From: an uncultured Thermoleophilia bacterium
GTDB lineage: Bacteria > Actinomycetota > Thermoleophilia > Gaiellales > Gaiellaceae
Length of the DNA: 64,000 nucleotides
Reading direction: 5' to 3'
NCBI GenBank assembly: GCA_963705605.1
Contig: CAVPKC010000003.1
Coordinates: forward strand, 281,619-345,618
The position numbers and the translations under genes were made by a program. Shown here piece by piece: positions 49,747-62,411 of this stretch. The number at the start of each line of letters is the position of its first letter. Positions within the stretch are counted from its first letter, which is position 1. The notes below the pieces were generated by a model that was given only the letters and a program-made list of their open reading frames with translations, was not told the DNA's origin and did no database searches.

Positions 49747-51000
49747 GTGTCCGGGCCGGTCCAGATCGATCGAGAGCGAAGCGCCGAGCGGATCGGCCGG
49801 GACGTGGAGACGCTCGCCGGGCCCGACTACTCGCTCTCCAGCGAGGCCGTCCGGCGCTACGCCTACACGGACGTCTACCGGAACACGCTCGCCTACTTCG
49901 CCGACGAGCTGGAGGCACTCGGCTTCGACGTCGGCGTACGACCCGGTCGGCACGCTCGTCGCCCGCAACCGCCCCGCCGGCGAGCCCGCCTTCGGGATCG
50001 GCTCGCATTGCGACTCCAACCGCAACGGCGGCAGGTACGACGGCACGCTCGGCGTCGTCACGGCCCTCGAGGTCTGCCGGCTGAACGCCGAGCTCGGGCT
50101 CGAGCCTGCCGCTGCAGCTCATCTCGTTTCTCGAGGAGGAGGGCTCCGGCTTCGGCCAGATGCTGCTCGGCAGCCGGATCGTCGCCCGGCGCGTCACCGA
50201 GGCCGACCTTCGGCGAGTCCTTCCGATCGCTCGACGACGGCAGGAGCTTCTGGGAGCACGCCGAGGAGGCGGGCTTCCGACCCGAGCGCTGGCGTGAGGC
50301 CGCGCACGTCCTCGACGACCTGACCGGCTGGATCGAGATGCACATCGAGCAGGCTCGCGTCCTCCAGGACACGGGCAACCGCATCGGCGTGGTCAGGGCG
50401 ATCGCGGGCTACGTTCACGCCGACGTCGTGGTTCACGGCCGTGGAGACCACGCCGGAGCGACGCCGATGGACTTCCGCCTCGACCCGACGACGGTCCTCG
50501 CCCGGACCGTCCTCGAGCTGGAGCGCCTCGCGCGCGCCGCAGGGGGCGGGACGGTCGGAACGGTCGGGGAGATCGAGGTGGCGCCCGGGCTGATCAACGC
50601 GATCGCCGAGCGGGTGCGCTTCTCGCTCGACATCCGCGGACCGGACGAGGACGCCTTCCGCGGCGTCTACCGCGAGATCGCGTCGTTCGCCGAACGGACG
50701 GCCAGCGAGCGAGGGATGAGCGCCACCATCTCCGAGCGGCAGGCGCTTCCCGCGACTCCGCTCGACGACCGTCTGGTGGGCGCTCTCGAAGCCGCAGCGG
50801 CCGCGACCGGTGAGCCGTTCATGGTCATGGTCTCGGGTGCTGCGCACGACACGATGTGCGTCGCCGGGCGCGTCCCGAGCGCGATGGTCTTCGTGCCCTG
50901 CAAGGACGGGATCAGTCACCACCCAGCCGAGGACGCGAACCCGGCGGACGCCGCCCTGGCGGCGGAGATCATCCTCGGCGCGATCCAGGCGCTGACCTAG
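49747..51000 (+). CDS. M20-family Zn-dependent amidohydrolase (allantoate / N-carbamoyl-amino-acid amidohydrolase type), two frameshifts
   Basis: The central block GSHCDSNRNGGRYDGTLGVVTALEV is found only in the ORF 48011..50323 frame. The C-terminal block is GRGDHAGATPM..GEIEV.PG.INAI..SGAAHD. Confidence 0.7.
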   Translation: MSGPVQIDRERSAERIGRDVETLAGPDYSLSSEAVRRYAYTDVYRNTLAYFADELEALGFDVGVRPGRHARRPQPPRRRARLRDRLALRLQPQRRQVRRHARRRHGPRGLPAERRARARACRCSSSRFSRRRAPASARCCSAAGSSPGASPRPTFGESFRSLDDGRSFWEHAEEAGFRPERWREAAHVLDDLTGWIEMHIEQARVLQDTGNRIGVVRAIAGYVHADVVVHGRGDHAGATPMDFRLDPTTVLARTVLELERLARAAGGGTVGTVGEIEVAPGLINAIAERVRFSLDIRGPDEDAFRGVYREIASFAERTASERGMSATISERQALPATPLDDRLVGALEAAAAATGEPFMVMVSGAAHDTMCVAGRVPSAMVFVPCKDGISHHPAEDANPADAALAAEIILGAIQALT

Positions 51001-51007
51001 TTTGGCG

Positions 51008-51045
51008 GAATCGTTGCCCGGCCGAAGGCCGGGCCGATATCCGCC
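51008..51045. repeat. REP-like palindromic element, copy 2
   Basis: GAATCGTTGCCCGGCCGAAGGCCGGGCCGATATCCGCC. The inner stem is CCCGGCC/GGCCGGG with loop GAA. Confidence 0.6.
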
Positions 51046-51086
51046 GTGGAGGGCGGCGCGAGCCGCCCGGTTGCCGACCCCACGTC

Positions 51087-52082
51087 TTACGCGGAGTCGT
51101 CCCGCACCTGCACGCCGTCGCTCGTGAGGACGATCTCGCCCTGCTCGATCAGGCAGATGGCTGCGTCGACGATCGCCGGATCCCACTGGCGGCCGCGCCC
51201 CGCCTCGAGCTCACGGAGGATCGCCTCGTGTGGAAGCGACTCACGGTAGGGCCGGCGAGCCGCCATCGCCTCGAGCCCGTCCGCGACGGCGACGACCCGC
51301 GCGACGACCGGAATGGCCTCGCCCACGAGCCCGTCCGGGTAGCCCGACCCGTCCCATCGCTCGTGGTGATGGCGGACGACCTCCCGTGCCGCGGTGAGGT
51401 CGTCGAGCGAGGCGAGCAGCCGATCGCCGATCACGGTGTGGCTTCTCATCAGCGTCAGCTCCTCGAGGTCGAGCGGACCCGGCTTCAGGAGCACCCGGTC
51501 CGGGATGCCGATCTTGCCGATGTCGTGAAGGCTCGCGCCCAGCCGGATCGTGTCGAGCTCCCGCGGGCCGAGACCGATCGCCTCGCCGAGGCGCGCGGCG
51601 AGCGTCTCGAGGCGCCGGGCGTGCTCACCCGTCGTGTCGTCGCGGATGGTGATCGCCCCGGCAAGAGCCGTGGTCAGCGCGGGCGTGACGACCCGCTCCC
51701 GGACCTCCCGCTCCCCGCTCCGCGCGCGATCGAGCACCTCCGCGACACGGCCTCGCAGCTCGGCCTGGCTGAAGGGCTTGACGATCAGGCCGGCCGCACC
51801 GTGAGCTAGAGCCTCCTGGAGGTTGTCCTCGGTGCCAGAGCCGGTCACCAGCAACACGGGCAGGCTCGGCCTGCGAGCCCGGACCTGGTCGAGGAGCTCG
51901 AACCCGGAGAGCCCCGGCATGACGATGTCGCTGACGACGAGCGAGAGGTCGGGGGTTCCGAGAAGGCTGAGCGCTTCCTTCGCTGAGCCGGCACCGATCG
52001 GGTGGTATCCCGCTCGGTCGAGGATCTCGACCATCAGGTTCCTGACGGCCTGCTCGTCGTCGATCACGAGGACGGGGGTCAT
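51087..52082 (-). CDS. Response regulator with an HD-GYP domain (predicted c-di-GMP phosphodiesterase)
   Basis: The ORF is trimmed to MTPVLVIDDE. The receiver block is DLSLVVSDIVMPG. Then come HDIGKIGIP and HHERWDGSGYPDGL. Confidence 0.85.
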   Translation of the reverse strand: MTPVLVIDDEQAVRNLMVEILDRAGYHPIGAGSAKEALSLLGTPDLSLVVSDIVMPGLSGFELLDQVRARRPSLPVLLVTGSGTEDNLQEALAHGAAGLIVKPFSQAELRGRVAEVLDRARSGEREVRERVVTPALTTALAGAITIRDDTTGEHARRLETLAARLGEAIGLGPRELDTIRLGASLHDIGKIGIPDRVLLKPGPLDLEELTLMRSHTVIGDRLLASLDDLTAAREVVRHHHERWDGSGYPDGLVGEAIPVVARVVAVADGLEAMAARRPYRESLPHEAILRELEAGRGRQWDPAIVDAAICLIEQGEIVLTSDGVQVRDDSA

Positions 52083-53050
52083 GGCGCCTCGCCCTCGAGC
52101 GGCTCCGGTGTCTCGACCCGGTCGCGACCCCGCGCCTTCGCGCGGTAGAGAGCATCGTCGGCCGCGGCGACGAGGAGCGCGGCGTCGTACATGCCCTCGT
52201 CGAGCCACGAGACGCCGACGCTCGCGCGAATCGAGATCTCGAGCGGATCGTGGCCTTCGGAGCGATAGACGACCGCGGCCGCCGCCAGCGCGGCGCGGAT
52301 CTTCTCGGCGACCGTCAACGCGCCGTCGAGGTCGGTGTCCGGCAGGAGTGCGAGGAACTCCTCGCCGCCGTATCGCACGAGCACGTCCGAGGCGCGCTTC
52401 GTCTCTTCCAGGCGGCGCGCGACCTCGACCAGCACCGCGTCGCCCGCCTGGTGGCCGTAGGTGTCGTTGACGGTCTTGAAGTGATCGAGGTCGACCATCA
52501 GGCAGCCGAGAGGGCGGCCGCTCCGCCGCGCCGCCGCGACGAGCTCGGAGACGCGTGGGCCGAGCTGGCCGCGGTTGAGGAGGCCCGTCAACGGGTCGGT
52601 GGCGGCTGCGAACCGGAGTCGATCCCCGTCCAGCTTCGTCCGGAGAGCGGCACGGACGCGAGCGCGCAGCTCGGCCGCGGAGAACGGCTTGACGATGTAG
52701 TCGACGGCGCCGGCGTCGAGGCCGACGACCCGGTCCTGCGTCTCGACCCGTGCAGTGAGGAAGATCACCGGCGGGGCGTCCGGACCGGTCGCGCGGACCT
52801 CCTTGCAGACGGCGTAGCCGTCCATGCCGGGCATCGCGACGTCGAGGACGAGCAGATCGGGCGTCGTCGAGCGCGCGAGCTGGAGCGCGTCGACGCCGTT
52901 CGTGGCCGGGATCACCCCGTACCCCTCGCGCGCGAGCAGCGTCGAGACCATGGTCAGGATGTCCGGGTCGTCGTCCGCGACCAGGATGCGCGGCTGCTCG
53001 TCGCCGTCGGCTGCGCTCGCCGCGCCGGTTTCCTGTCCGGCCGAGGCCAT
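52079..53050 (-). CDS. Response regulator with a GGDEF domain (PleD-like diguanylate cyclase)
   Basis: The ORF is trimmed to MASAGQ after GAGAGG. It contains ILVADDDPDIL, DLLVLDVAMPGMDG, DHFKTVNDTYGH.AGD and the active site RYGGEEF. Confidence 0.85.
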   Translation of the reverse strand: MASAGQETGAASAADGDEQPRILVADDDPDILTMVSTLLAREGYGVIPATNGVDALQLARSTTPDLLVLDVAMPGMDGYAVCKEVRATGPDAPPVIFLTARVETQDRVVGLDAGAVDYIVKPFSAAELRARVRAALRTKLDGDRLRFAAATDPLTGLLNRGQLGPRVSELVAAARRSGRPLGCLMVDLDHFKTVNDTYGHQAGDAVLVEVARRLEETKRASDVLVRYGGEEFLALLPDTDLDGALTVAEKIRAALAAAAVVYRSEGHDPLEISIRASVGVSWLDEGMYDAALLVAAADDALYRAKARGRDRVETPEPLEGEAP

Positions 53051-53055
53051 ACCTC

Positions 53056-53280
53056 TCAATCGGCCGGGGCGCGCTCTTCCTGTAGCGACTGCGGCTCCCG
53101 CCCCTCGCGCTCGATCGCCTCCGTGTAGCAGGGGGCGCTCTCGAACGCGGCGAGGCCCGGCGGGGTCGGGCGGGCACCCCGGTTCCTGCGCGCCGTGAGA
53201 CGCTCGGCCGCGAGCGCGACGGCCCCGCCGACGAGACCGCCGAGCAGGAACGGGCGGAGTCCCCATCCCTCGCGGCTCAT
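53056..53280 (-). CDS. Hypothetical 74-aa protein with one N-terminal hydrophobic helix
   Basis: MSREGWGLRPFLLGGLVGGAVALAAERL. It lies 5 nt upstream of the GGDEF regulator start. Confidence 0.4.
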   Translation of the reverse strand: MSREGWGLRPFLLGGLVGGAVALAAERLTARRNRGARPTPPGLAAFESAPCYTEAIEREGREPQSLQEERAPAD

Positions 53281-53290
53281 GGCGCGTCTC

Positions 53291-53518
53291 TCACTCGTCG
53301 GCCCGCTCGATCGCGACGATGTCCTCCTCGACCAGCGACTCCTCGCCGGCATCCGCCCACCCGACGATGTCGCCGCTCGGCAGGATGGCGACAGGAGCGA
53401 TCACGCGTCCGTCGCGCAGGAGAAGCCTCGCATGGTGGACGCCCCAGGCGTCCTGCGGCCAGGACGCGACCTCCTCGATCAGCCAGTCTGGCAGGCGGGG
53501 AGGGCCGCCGCCCCTCAC
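53291..53518 (-). CDS. Hypothetical 75-aa protein, GTGA-coupled to the GYD gene
   Basis: GTG at 53518 overlaps the GYD stop. Translation is (M)RGGGPPRLPDWLIEEVASWPQDAWGVHHARLLLRDGRVIAPVAILPSGDIVGWADAGEESLVEEDIVAIERADE. Confidence 0.4.
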   Translation of the reverse strand: MRGGGPPRLPDWLIEEVASWPQDAWGVHHARLLLRDGRVIAPVAILPSGDIVGWADAGEESLVEEDIVAIERADE

Positions 53519-53802
53519 CGCTCGATCGCCGTCAGAAACGCGTCGATCTCCATCAGCTCGAAGCTCTGGAGCTTCGAGCTGCCGCGAGCCCCCAGCTCGA
53601 CCGAGAGTCGGGAGATGGTCGCCGCGTCTGGCGCCTCGATGATGTTCACGAAATCGAACGGGCCGAGGCACGCCCACTGGTGCACGACCCGGGCGCCCAT
53701 GGCCTCGACGTCGCGATTGACGGCGCGGAGGCGCTCCGGGTTCGACCGGAGCGTCTGGAGGCCCTGATCCGTGAGCGTCGTCAGCATGATGTAGGTGGGC
53801 AT
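53515..53802 (-). CDS. GYD domain protein
   Basis: GGAGGAA then ATG gives MPTYIMLTTLTDQGLQTLRSNPERLRAVNRDVEAMGARVVHQWACLGPFDFVNIIEAPD. Confidence 0.75.
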   Translation of the reverse strand: MPTYIMLTTLTDQGLQTLRSNPERLRAVNRDVEAMGARVVHQWACLGPFDFVNIIEAPDAATISRLSVELGARGSSKLQSFELMEIDAFLTAIER

Positions 53803-53837
53803 CGATAGGTTCCTCCCCTCGTGGCACGGGACGCGAC

Positions 53838-54470
53838 GTGAGGATAGAGAGGAACGAGGTCGGGCGGCGGTCGTTGTGGCCACCGTTCCGCCGCGGTCAG
53901 GACGTCCGGATCACGCTTCCGCTCCGAGCGGTCGAGCATCTCTTCGTCGCACCCGACCTCGATCCGTTCGCGCCCGACTACGAGACCTACGGCGAGAAGG
54001 CAGGCATCGAGACGATCGCCGGGGTACTCCACGCCGAGCGCCGCGTCCGCCGTGCGGAGGCGGTCCTCCAGCTCCCGCTCGAGCTCGTCGACGACGAGCT
54101 CGAGCATCGAACGGTCGACGCGATCGCGCGTTACTGCCGCGTCAGGATCGCCGAGCTCGACCTGGAGCTGCTCCGGATCAAGCGGTACGGCTTGAGGGCC
54201 CTGGCCATCGGCCTGGTTGCGGTGCTCGCGCTCAACGCCCTCTCGCGGCCGCTCGAGTCGAGCGACGACCCGATCCTCGAGCTCATCTCGCAGGGGCTCC
54301 AGATCGCCGCCTGGGTCACCCTCTGGTTCCCGATCAACGTCCTCGTCTACGACCGCTGGTACTCGATGCGCGACCAGCGCGTCTACACCCAGATGGTGCT
54401 GATGGACGTCAGCGTCGTCCCGGATCCCGCTCGTCGGCCCGAGCCTGTTGATCGAAGTACAGAACGGTGA
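53838..54470 (+). CDS. Hypothetical membrane protein (two C-terminal TM helices)
   Basis: 210-aa ORF with LRALAIGLVAVLALNAL and LQIAAWVTLWFPINVLVY. Confidence 0.5.
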   Translation: MRIERNEVGRRSLWPPFRRGQDVRITLPLRAVEHLFVAPDLDPFAPDYETYGEKAGIETIAGVLHAERRVRRAEAVLQLPLELVDDELEHRTVDAIARYCRVRIAELDLELLRIKRYGLRALAIGLVAVLALNALSRPLESSDDPILELISQGLQIAAWVTLWFPINVLVYDRWYSMRDQRVYTQMVLMDVSVVPDPARRPEPVDRSTER

Positions 54471-55097
54471 GCCCGATGAAGAAGAACGGCGAGAGCACGA
54501 CCTGGGAGAGCGCGACCGCCGCGATGCGCCCGTTGTCCGCGAAGCTGAACAGCGCCAGAGCCAGGACGATCCCGACCAGCAGGGTCAGCACGATCATGAT
54601 CGCTGCGACCGCGAAGGCGTGGACGTACTCGGCCCGGGCGAGCTCGACCGTTCGCCTCAACGCGTGGGCGACGCGCCCTGCGTAGCGCGTGTCCTCGGGC
54701 TCCTCGATCATCGCCGCCGGAATCGCGAACGTCGAGAGCCCGAGCCAGGCGGCGGCGACGATGAGGAAGATCAGGAAGGACGCGGCGAACGAGAACGGGA
54801 TCCCGATCACGAGGCCGAGCGTGGCGACGACCGGCAGCCGGTCGAGCGTCCGCCGGGCAGCCGCCTTGATCGAGTCACCCACGACGAGCCGGACGACCAG
54901 CGCGAACGCGATCCCGAACGCGAGGGCGACGACGACGAGATCGGCTGCGAACGGGAGCCACACGGTCGCGATCAGGGCGCCCGCCTGGACGAGGCCCATC
55001 GCGAGGAACGCGAGCGGCCGGCTGCCGTAGATCCGCATCGCGGCCGCCAGCAGGTCCCCGATCCGCAGCGGCTTGCGGATCTCGACGTCGGTGGCCG

Positions 55098-55101
<4 letters not shown>
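54409..55101 (-). CDS. Polytopic membrane protein, hypothetical
   Basis: 230-aa ORF with 5-6 predicted helices. It has a 4-nt overlap with the clpB stop. Confidence 0.55.
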
Positions 55102-57553
<2,452 letters not shown>

Positions 57554-57572
<19 letters not shown>

Positions 57573-57940
57573 GGTCTCCTGCTCGGTACGGGTGGCGATG
57601 GGCGCTCGTAGAGGACGATCTCGCGGCGATACTGGCGGTGGGTCCGCTCGACTGCGTCGCGCATCTCGCGCTCGAGCCGGACCAGCCGCGCCCTGAGGCG
57701 CTCCAGCTCGTCCTCGAGCGAGAGCACGCGCTCGACGCCCGCGAGGTTGAGGCCGAGCTCGGTCGTCAGGCGCTGGATCTGGCGGAGCCGCTCGAGATCG
57801 GCTTCGGAGTAGAGGCGCGTGTTGCCGGGAGTCCGCCTCGGGCGCACGAGGCCCTTGGCCTCGTAGATCCGGAGCGTCTGGGGGTGCATGCCCAGGAGGT
57901 CGGCCGCGACGGAGATCATGTAGCGGGGGTGCGCGTCCAC
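57554..57940 (-). CDS. hspR: MerR-family heat-shock repressor HspR
   Basis: [52 protein letters not shown]. It lies between dnaJ and clpB. Confidence 0.85.
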
Positions 57941-57941
57941 G

Positions 57942-59018
57942 TCAGCTCCTCGCGAACGCCTCGTCGCGCGGATTCTCGCGCGAGACCTTCTTGAGGTTCT
58001 CGAGTGCCTCGCGCTCCTGCTTCGTCAGCTTGGTCGGAACGGTCACCCGAACCCGGGCCAGCAGATCGCCGCGGCCGGATCCCTTCAGCTTGGGAGCTCC
58101 CTTGCCCTTGACCCGCAGCAGCTTGCCGTCCTGCGACCCGGCGGGCACCTTCAGCGAGATCGTCCCGTCAGGCATGGGCACGTCGACGACCGCGCCGAGC
58201 GCCGCCTCGGCGTAGGTCACCGGCACCTCGATCACAAGATCGGCTCCGCGTCGCTCGTAGAGCGGCGACGGCTCGACGTGGACGGTCACGTAAAGATCTC
58301 CGGGCGGACCGCCGCCCAGGCCGGCCTCGCCCTTGCCGGCCAGCCGCATCCGCGTCCCGTCCGTCACGCCGGGCCGGACCTTCACCTGATAGGTCTTCGT
58401 CCGGCGCTCGCGGCCCGTGCCTCTGCAGACACGGCAAGGCTTCTCGATCACCGTGCCGTTGCCGCCGCACCGTGGGCAAGGCTGCGAGAGGGCAAACACG
58501 CCCTGGTTCTGGGAGACGACCCCGCGTCCCTTGCAGTCGGGGCAGAGGATCGGGCTGGTTCCCGCCTCCGCACCGGAGCCGTGGCACGCCGAGCAGACGG
58601 TTGCGAGCTCCACGGGAACCTTCACCGTGACCCCGTCGAGCGAGTCCTGGAACGAGATCCGGACCGACGTCTCGACGTCTCGACCGCGCCGCGCCGACGA
58701 ACGGCCCGAGGATGCGGAGGCCTGGCCCCCGAAGATGCCGCCGAAGAGATCGGAGAGATCGAAGCCGCCGAGATCCGAGGCGCTGAACCCGTCCCCGCTC
58801 GTGAAGACGCGCTGGCCGCGTTGGTCGTACTCCGCGCGCTTCTCGGGGTCGCCGAGCACGTCGTAGGCGCCCTGGATCTCCTTGAAGCGCTCCTCCGCGG
58901 CCTTGTCGTCCGGGTTCTTGTCGGGGTGGAACTTCCGGGCGAGCTTCCGATACGTCTGCTTGATCTCGTCCTGCGAGGCGGTCTTCGCAACCCCGAGGGT
59001 CTCGTAGAGGTCCTTCAT
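57942..59018 (-). CDS. dnaJ: Molecular chaperone DnaJ
   Basis: The J domain is [14 protein letters not shown]. There is a G/F region and four CxxCxGxG zinc motifs. Confidence 0.95.
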   Translation of the reverse strand: MKDLYETLGVAKTASQDEIKQTYRKLARKFHPDKNPDDKAAEERFKEIQGAYDVLGDPEKRAEYDQRGQRVFTSGDGFSASDLGGFDLSDLFGGIFGGQASASSGRSSARRGRDVETSVRISFQDSLDGVTVKVPVELATVCSACHGSGAEAGTSPILCPDCKGRGVVSQNQGVFALSQPCPRCGGNGTVIEKPCRVCRGTGRERRTKTYQVKVRPGVTDGTRMRLAGKGEAGLGGGPPGDLYVTVHVEPSPLYERRGADLVIEVPVTYAEAALGAVVDVPMPDGTISLKVPAGSQDGKLLRVKGKGAPKLKGSGRGDLLARVRVTVPTKLTKQEREALENLKKVSRENPRDEAFARS

Positions 59019-59587
59019 CCGCCGGCGCCGCCGTCCCCGTCTCCGGCGAGCCCGTCGGAGACGACCACGCGTGCGGGTCGGACGACATGGTCGCCGAGCA
59101 GGTAGCCCTTCTGCAGGACCTGGACGATCGCGCCCTCCTCGGCCTCGGAGGGCTGCGAGAGGAGCGCCTCGTGCACGTGTGGATCGAAGCGCCCGCCGGT
59201 GTCGATTTCGACGAGCCCGGCTCGCAGGAGCACGTCGCGGAGCTGGCGCTCGACCAGCCGCACGCCGTCGTCGAGCGTGGCCGTCGTCGGTGGCAGATCG
59301 GTGTGATCGGACGGCGCCGCGGCCTCGAGCGCCCGCTCCAGGCCGTCGAGCACGGGCAGTAGCTCGCGCACGATCCCCTCGCTCGCCCGTGAGACGACCG
59401 CCTGCTGGTCGCGGGCCGAGCGCTTGCGGAAGTTGTCGAAGTCGGCGGCGAGCCGGCGGAGGTCGTCGAGGTACTCGTCGCGCTTCGCCTCGGCCTCGGC
59501 CAGACGCTCCACGAGGCCCTCGAGCTCGCGCTCGAGGGCCTGGACGCGCTGCTCGAGCTCCTCGGTCGTGTGGGTGTCCTCGGTCAT
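59015..59587 (-). CDS. grpE: Nucleotide exchange factor GrpE
   Basis: 190-aa ORF with [16 protein letters not shown] and FDP..HEA. Confidence 0.9.
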   Translation of the reverse strand: MTEDTHTTEELEQRVQALERELEGLVERLAEAEAKRDEYLDDLRRLAADFDNFRKRSARDQQAVVSRASEGIVRELLPVLDGLERALEAAAPSDHTDLPPTTATLDDGVRLVERQLRDVLLRAGLVEIDTGGRFDPHVHEALLSQPSEAEEGAIVQVLQKGYLLGDHVVRPARVVVSDGLAGDGDGGAGG

Positions 59588-59590
59588 GGG

Positions 59591-61489
59591 CTACGGGGTC
59601 TTCGCCTCGTCGTCCACGACTTCGTACTCGGCGTCCTCGACGACCTCCTCCTCGTCCGGCGCGCCGTTTCCGGCCGACGCCTGCTGGGACTGGACACGCT
59701 CGTAGACCGCCTGGGCGAGCTTGTGCGAAGCCTCGGTCAAGGCGTCGGACGCGGACTTGATCGCGTCGGCGTCCTCGCCCTCGAGCGCCGTCCGCAACTC
59801 GGACATCCGCCCCTCGATCGCACTCGCCGTCTCCTCGTCGACCGTTTCGCGATGCTCGGAAAGCGTCTTCTCGGTCGTGTAGAGAAGCGTCTCGCCGCGG
59901 TTCTTGGCCTCGGCTAGCTCGCGCATCCGATGCGCCTCGCCGGCGTGAGCCTCGGCGTCGTGCACCATCCGCTGCACCTCGTCGTCGGAGAGGCCTGAGC
60001 CGCCCTCGATCCGGATCTGCTGCTGGTTCCCGGTGCCGAGATCCTTGGCCGAGACGTTGATGATCCCGTTGGCGTCGATATCGAACGTCACCTCGACCTG
60101 GGGCATGCCCCTGGGAGCCGGCGGGATGCCGACGAGCTGGAACTTGCCAAGCGTCTTGTTGAAGGTCGCCATCTCGGACTCGCCCTGGAGAACGTGGATC
60201 TCCACGGACGGCTGGTTGTCCTCGGCGGTCGTGAACACCTCCGACTTCTTGGACGGGATCGTCGTGTTCCGCTCGATCAGCCGCGTGAACACGCCTCCCT
60301 TCGTCTCGATCCCGAGCGAGAGCGGCGTGACGTCGAGCAGGAGCACGTCCTTGACCTCGCCCTTGAGGACGCCTGCCTGGATCGCGGCGCCGACGGCGAC
60401 GACCTCGTCCGGGTTGACGCCCTTGTGCGGCTCCTTGCCGATCAGCTCCTTGACCTTGTCCTGAACCGCGGGCATGCGGGTCATGCCACCGACGAGCACG
60501 ACGTGGTCGATGTCGGAAGCGGACAGGCCGGCGTCCTCGAGCGCCTGCTTCGTCGGGCCGACAGTTCGCTCGAGCAGCGCGTGGGTGAGCTCGTTCAGCT
60601 TCGAGCGCGACAGCTGCAGGTCGAGATGCTTCGGGCCGTCCTGGGTGGCGGTGACGAACGGGAGGTTGATCTGGGTCGACGTCGTCGACGACAGCTCGAT
60701 CTTCGCCTTCTCGGCGGCCTCGTACAGGCGCTGGAGCGCCATCGAGTCCTTCGAGAGGTCGATCCCCTGCTCGCGCTTGAACTCTGCGACCATCCAGTCG
60801 ACGACGGCCTTGTCGAAGTTGTCGCCCCCGAGGTGGTTGTCGCCGTTCGTCGACTTGACCTCGAAGACCCCGTCGCCGAGCTCGAGCACCGAGACGTCGA
60901 ACGTGCCGCCGCCGAGGTCGAAGACGAGGATCGTCTGGTCGGCCTCCTTGTCGAGGCCGTACGCCAGCGAGGCCGCGGTCGGCTCGTTGATGATCCGCAG
61001 CACATTCAGGCCTGCGATCTTGCCCGCGTCCTTGGTCGCCTCCCGCTGTGCGTTGTTGAAGTACGCAGGCACGGTGACGACGGCGTCGGTCACCGACTCG
61101 CCGAGATACGCCTCGGCGTCGGCCTTCAGCTTCTGGAGGATCATCGCCGAGATCTCGGGCGGCGCGTACTCCTTGCCGGCCGCGTCGACGCGCACGTCGC
61201 CGTTGGGCCCGGAGACGACCTCGTACGGGACGATCGTCATCTCCTCCGAGACCTCGGAGAACTTCCGGCCCATGAAGCGCTTGATCGAGAAGATCGTGTT
61301 CTGCGGGTTCGTGACCGCCTGCCGCTTCGCGGGAGCGCCGACGAGCCGCTGGCCGTCCTTGGTGAACGCGACGACGGACGGCGTGGTGCGCCCGCCCTCT
61401 GCGTTCGGGATCACCGTCGGCTCGCCGCCCTCGAGCACGGCCATGCACGAGTTCGTCGTTCCGAGGTCGATACCGATGGTCTTGCCCAT
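59591..61489 (-). CDS. dnaK: Molecular chaperone DnaK
   Basis: Intact 632-aa ORF with [20 protein letters not shown] and [10 protein letters not shown]. Confidence 0.97.
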   Translation of the reverse strand: MGKTIGIDLGTTNSCMAVLEGGEPTVIPNAEGGRTTPSVVAFTKDGQRLVGAPAKRQAVTNPQNTIFSIKRFMGRKFSEVSEEMTIVPYEVVSGPNGDVRVDAAGKEYAPPEISAMILQKLKADAEAYLGESVTDAVVTVPAYFNNAQREATKDAGKIAGLNVLRIINEPTAASLAYGLDKEADQTILVFDLGGGTFDVSVLELGDGVFEVKSTNGDNHLGGDNFDKAVVDWMVAEFKREQGIDLSKDSMALQRLYEAAEKAKIELSSTTSTQINLPFVTATQDGPKHLDLQLSRSKLNELTHALLERTVGPTKQALEDAGLSASDIDHVVLVGGMTRMPAVQDKVKELIGKEPHKGVNPDEVVAVGAAIQAGVLKGEVKDVLLLDVTPLSLGIETKGGVFTRLIERNTTIPSKKSEVFTTAEDNQPSVEIHVLQGESEMATFNKTLGKFQLVGIPPAPRGMPQVEVTFDIDANGIINVSAKDLGTGNQQQIRIEGGSGLSDDEVQRMVHDAEAHAGEAHRMRELAEAKNRGETLLYTTEKTLSEHRETVDEETASAIEGRMSELRTALEGEDADAIKSASDALTEASHKLAQAVYERVQSQQASAGNGAPDEEEVVEDAEYEVVDDEAKTP

Positions 61490-61580
61490 GCTGAGCTAGC
61501 CTCCTTGGTGAGAAAATCTAAGCCTTCTTATAGCAGATATCTTCCTTGGCCGGCGAGCTCGGGCGTGGAAGGATGGAGGC

Positions 61581-62411
61581 GTGATCGCGCCCATCGTGAT
61601 GGGCACCGTCCGCGTCGAGCCCGGCCTGTGGGAGCGGTACGCGGATCGGGGCGGTACGACCTTCGACACGGCCCGTCACTACGGCGACGAGTCCGAGCGA
61701 GAGCTCGGCGCGTTCCTCCAGCGTAACGGCCTCCGTGACCGTGCGACCGTGATCGGCAAGGGCGCCCACACTCCCACCTGCGCTCCCGAGTACGTCGCCC
61801 CGCAGCTCGAACGGAGCCTCGAACTGCTCTGTACCGACCGTCTCGACGTCTATCTACTGCACCGCGACGACCCCTCGGTGCCGGTCGGCGAGTGGAGCGA
61901 CGCGCTCGAGCCGCACGTCGCGGCCGGCCGGATACGGGCGATCGGCGCGAGCAACTGGACGACGACGCGCTACGAGGCGTTCAACGCCGAGGCGTCTCGA
62001 CGCGGCGCAACGCCCTTCACAGTCCTCTCGAACCAGCTCTCGCTGGCCGAGATGGGTGAGCCCGTCTGGGACGGGTGTCTCGTCGCCGATCGAAGCTGGC
62101 ACGAGCGCACCGGCACACCGCTGCTCGCCTGGTCGGCTCAGGCCCGGGGCTTCTTCGCCGGCCGGGAGGACGAGGAGGTGCGCACGTCCTGGCTCTCGCG
62201 GACGAACCTCGAGCGCCGCCGTCGCGCAGAGGCTCTCGGCCGGCGGCTCGGCGTCCCGGCCGTCTCGGTCGCGCTCGCCTGGGTCGTCGCACAACCCTTC
62301 CCGAGCCATGCCGTCGTCGGGCCGCGACATTCGTCCGAGCTCGACGCGTGCATGACGGCGCTCGAGCTCGGGCTGACGGGCGAGGAGCGCGCGTGGCTGG
62401 AGGCTCGATGA
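61581..62411 (+). CDS. Aldo/keto reductase
   Basis: 276-aa ORF with [17 protein letters not shown] and IGASNW. Confidence 0.8.
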   Translation: MIAPIVMGTVRVEPGLWERYADRGGTTFDTARHYGDESERELGAFLQRNGLRDRATVIGKGAHTPTCAPEYVAPQLERSLELLCTDRLDVYLLHRDDPSVPVGEWSDALEPHVAAGRIRAIGASNWTTTRYEAFNAEASRRGATPFTVLSNQLSLAEMGEPVWDGCLVADRSWHERTGTPLLAWSAQARGFFAGREDEEVRTSWLSRTNLERRRRAEALGRRLGVPAVSVALAWVVAQPFPSHAVVGPRHSSELDACMTALELGLTGEERAWLEAR

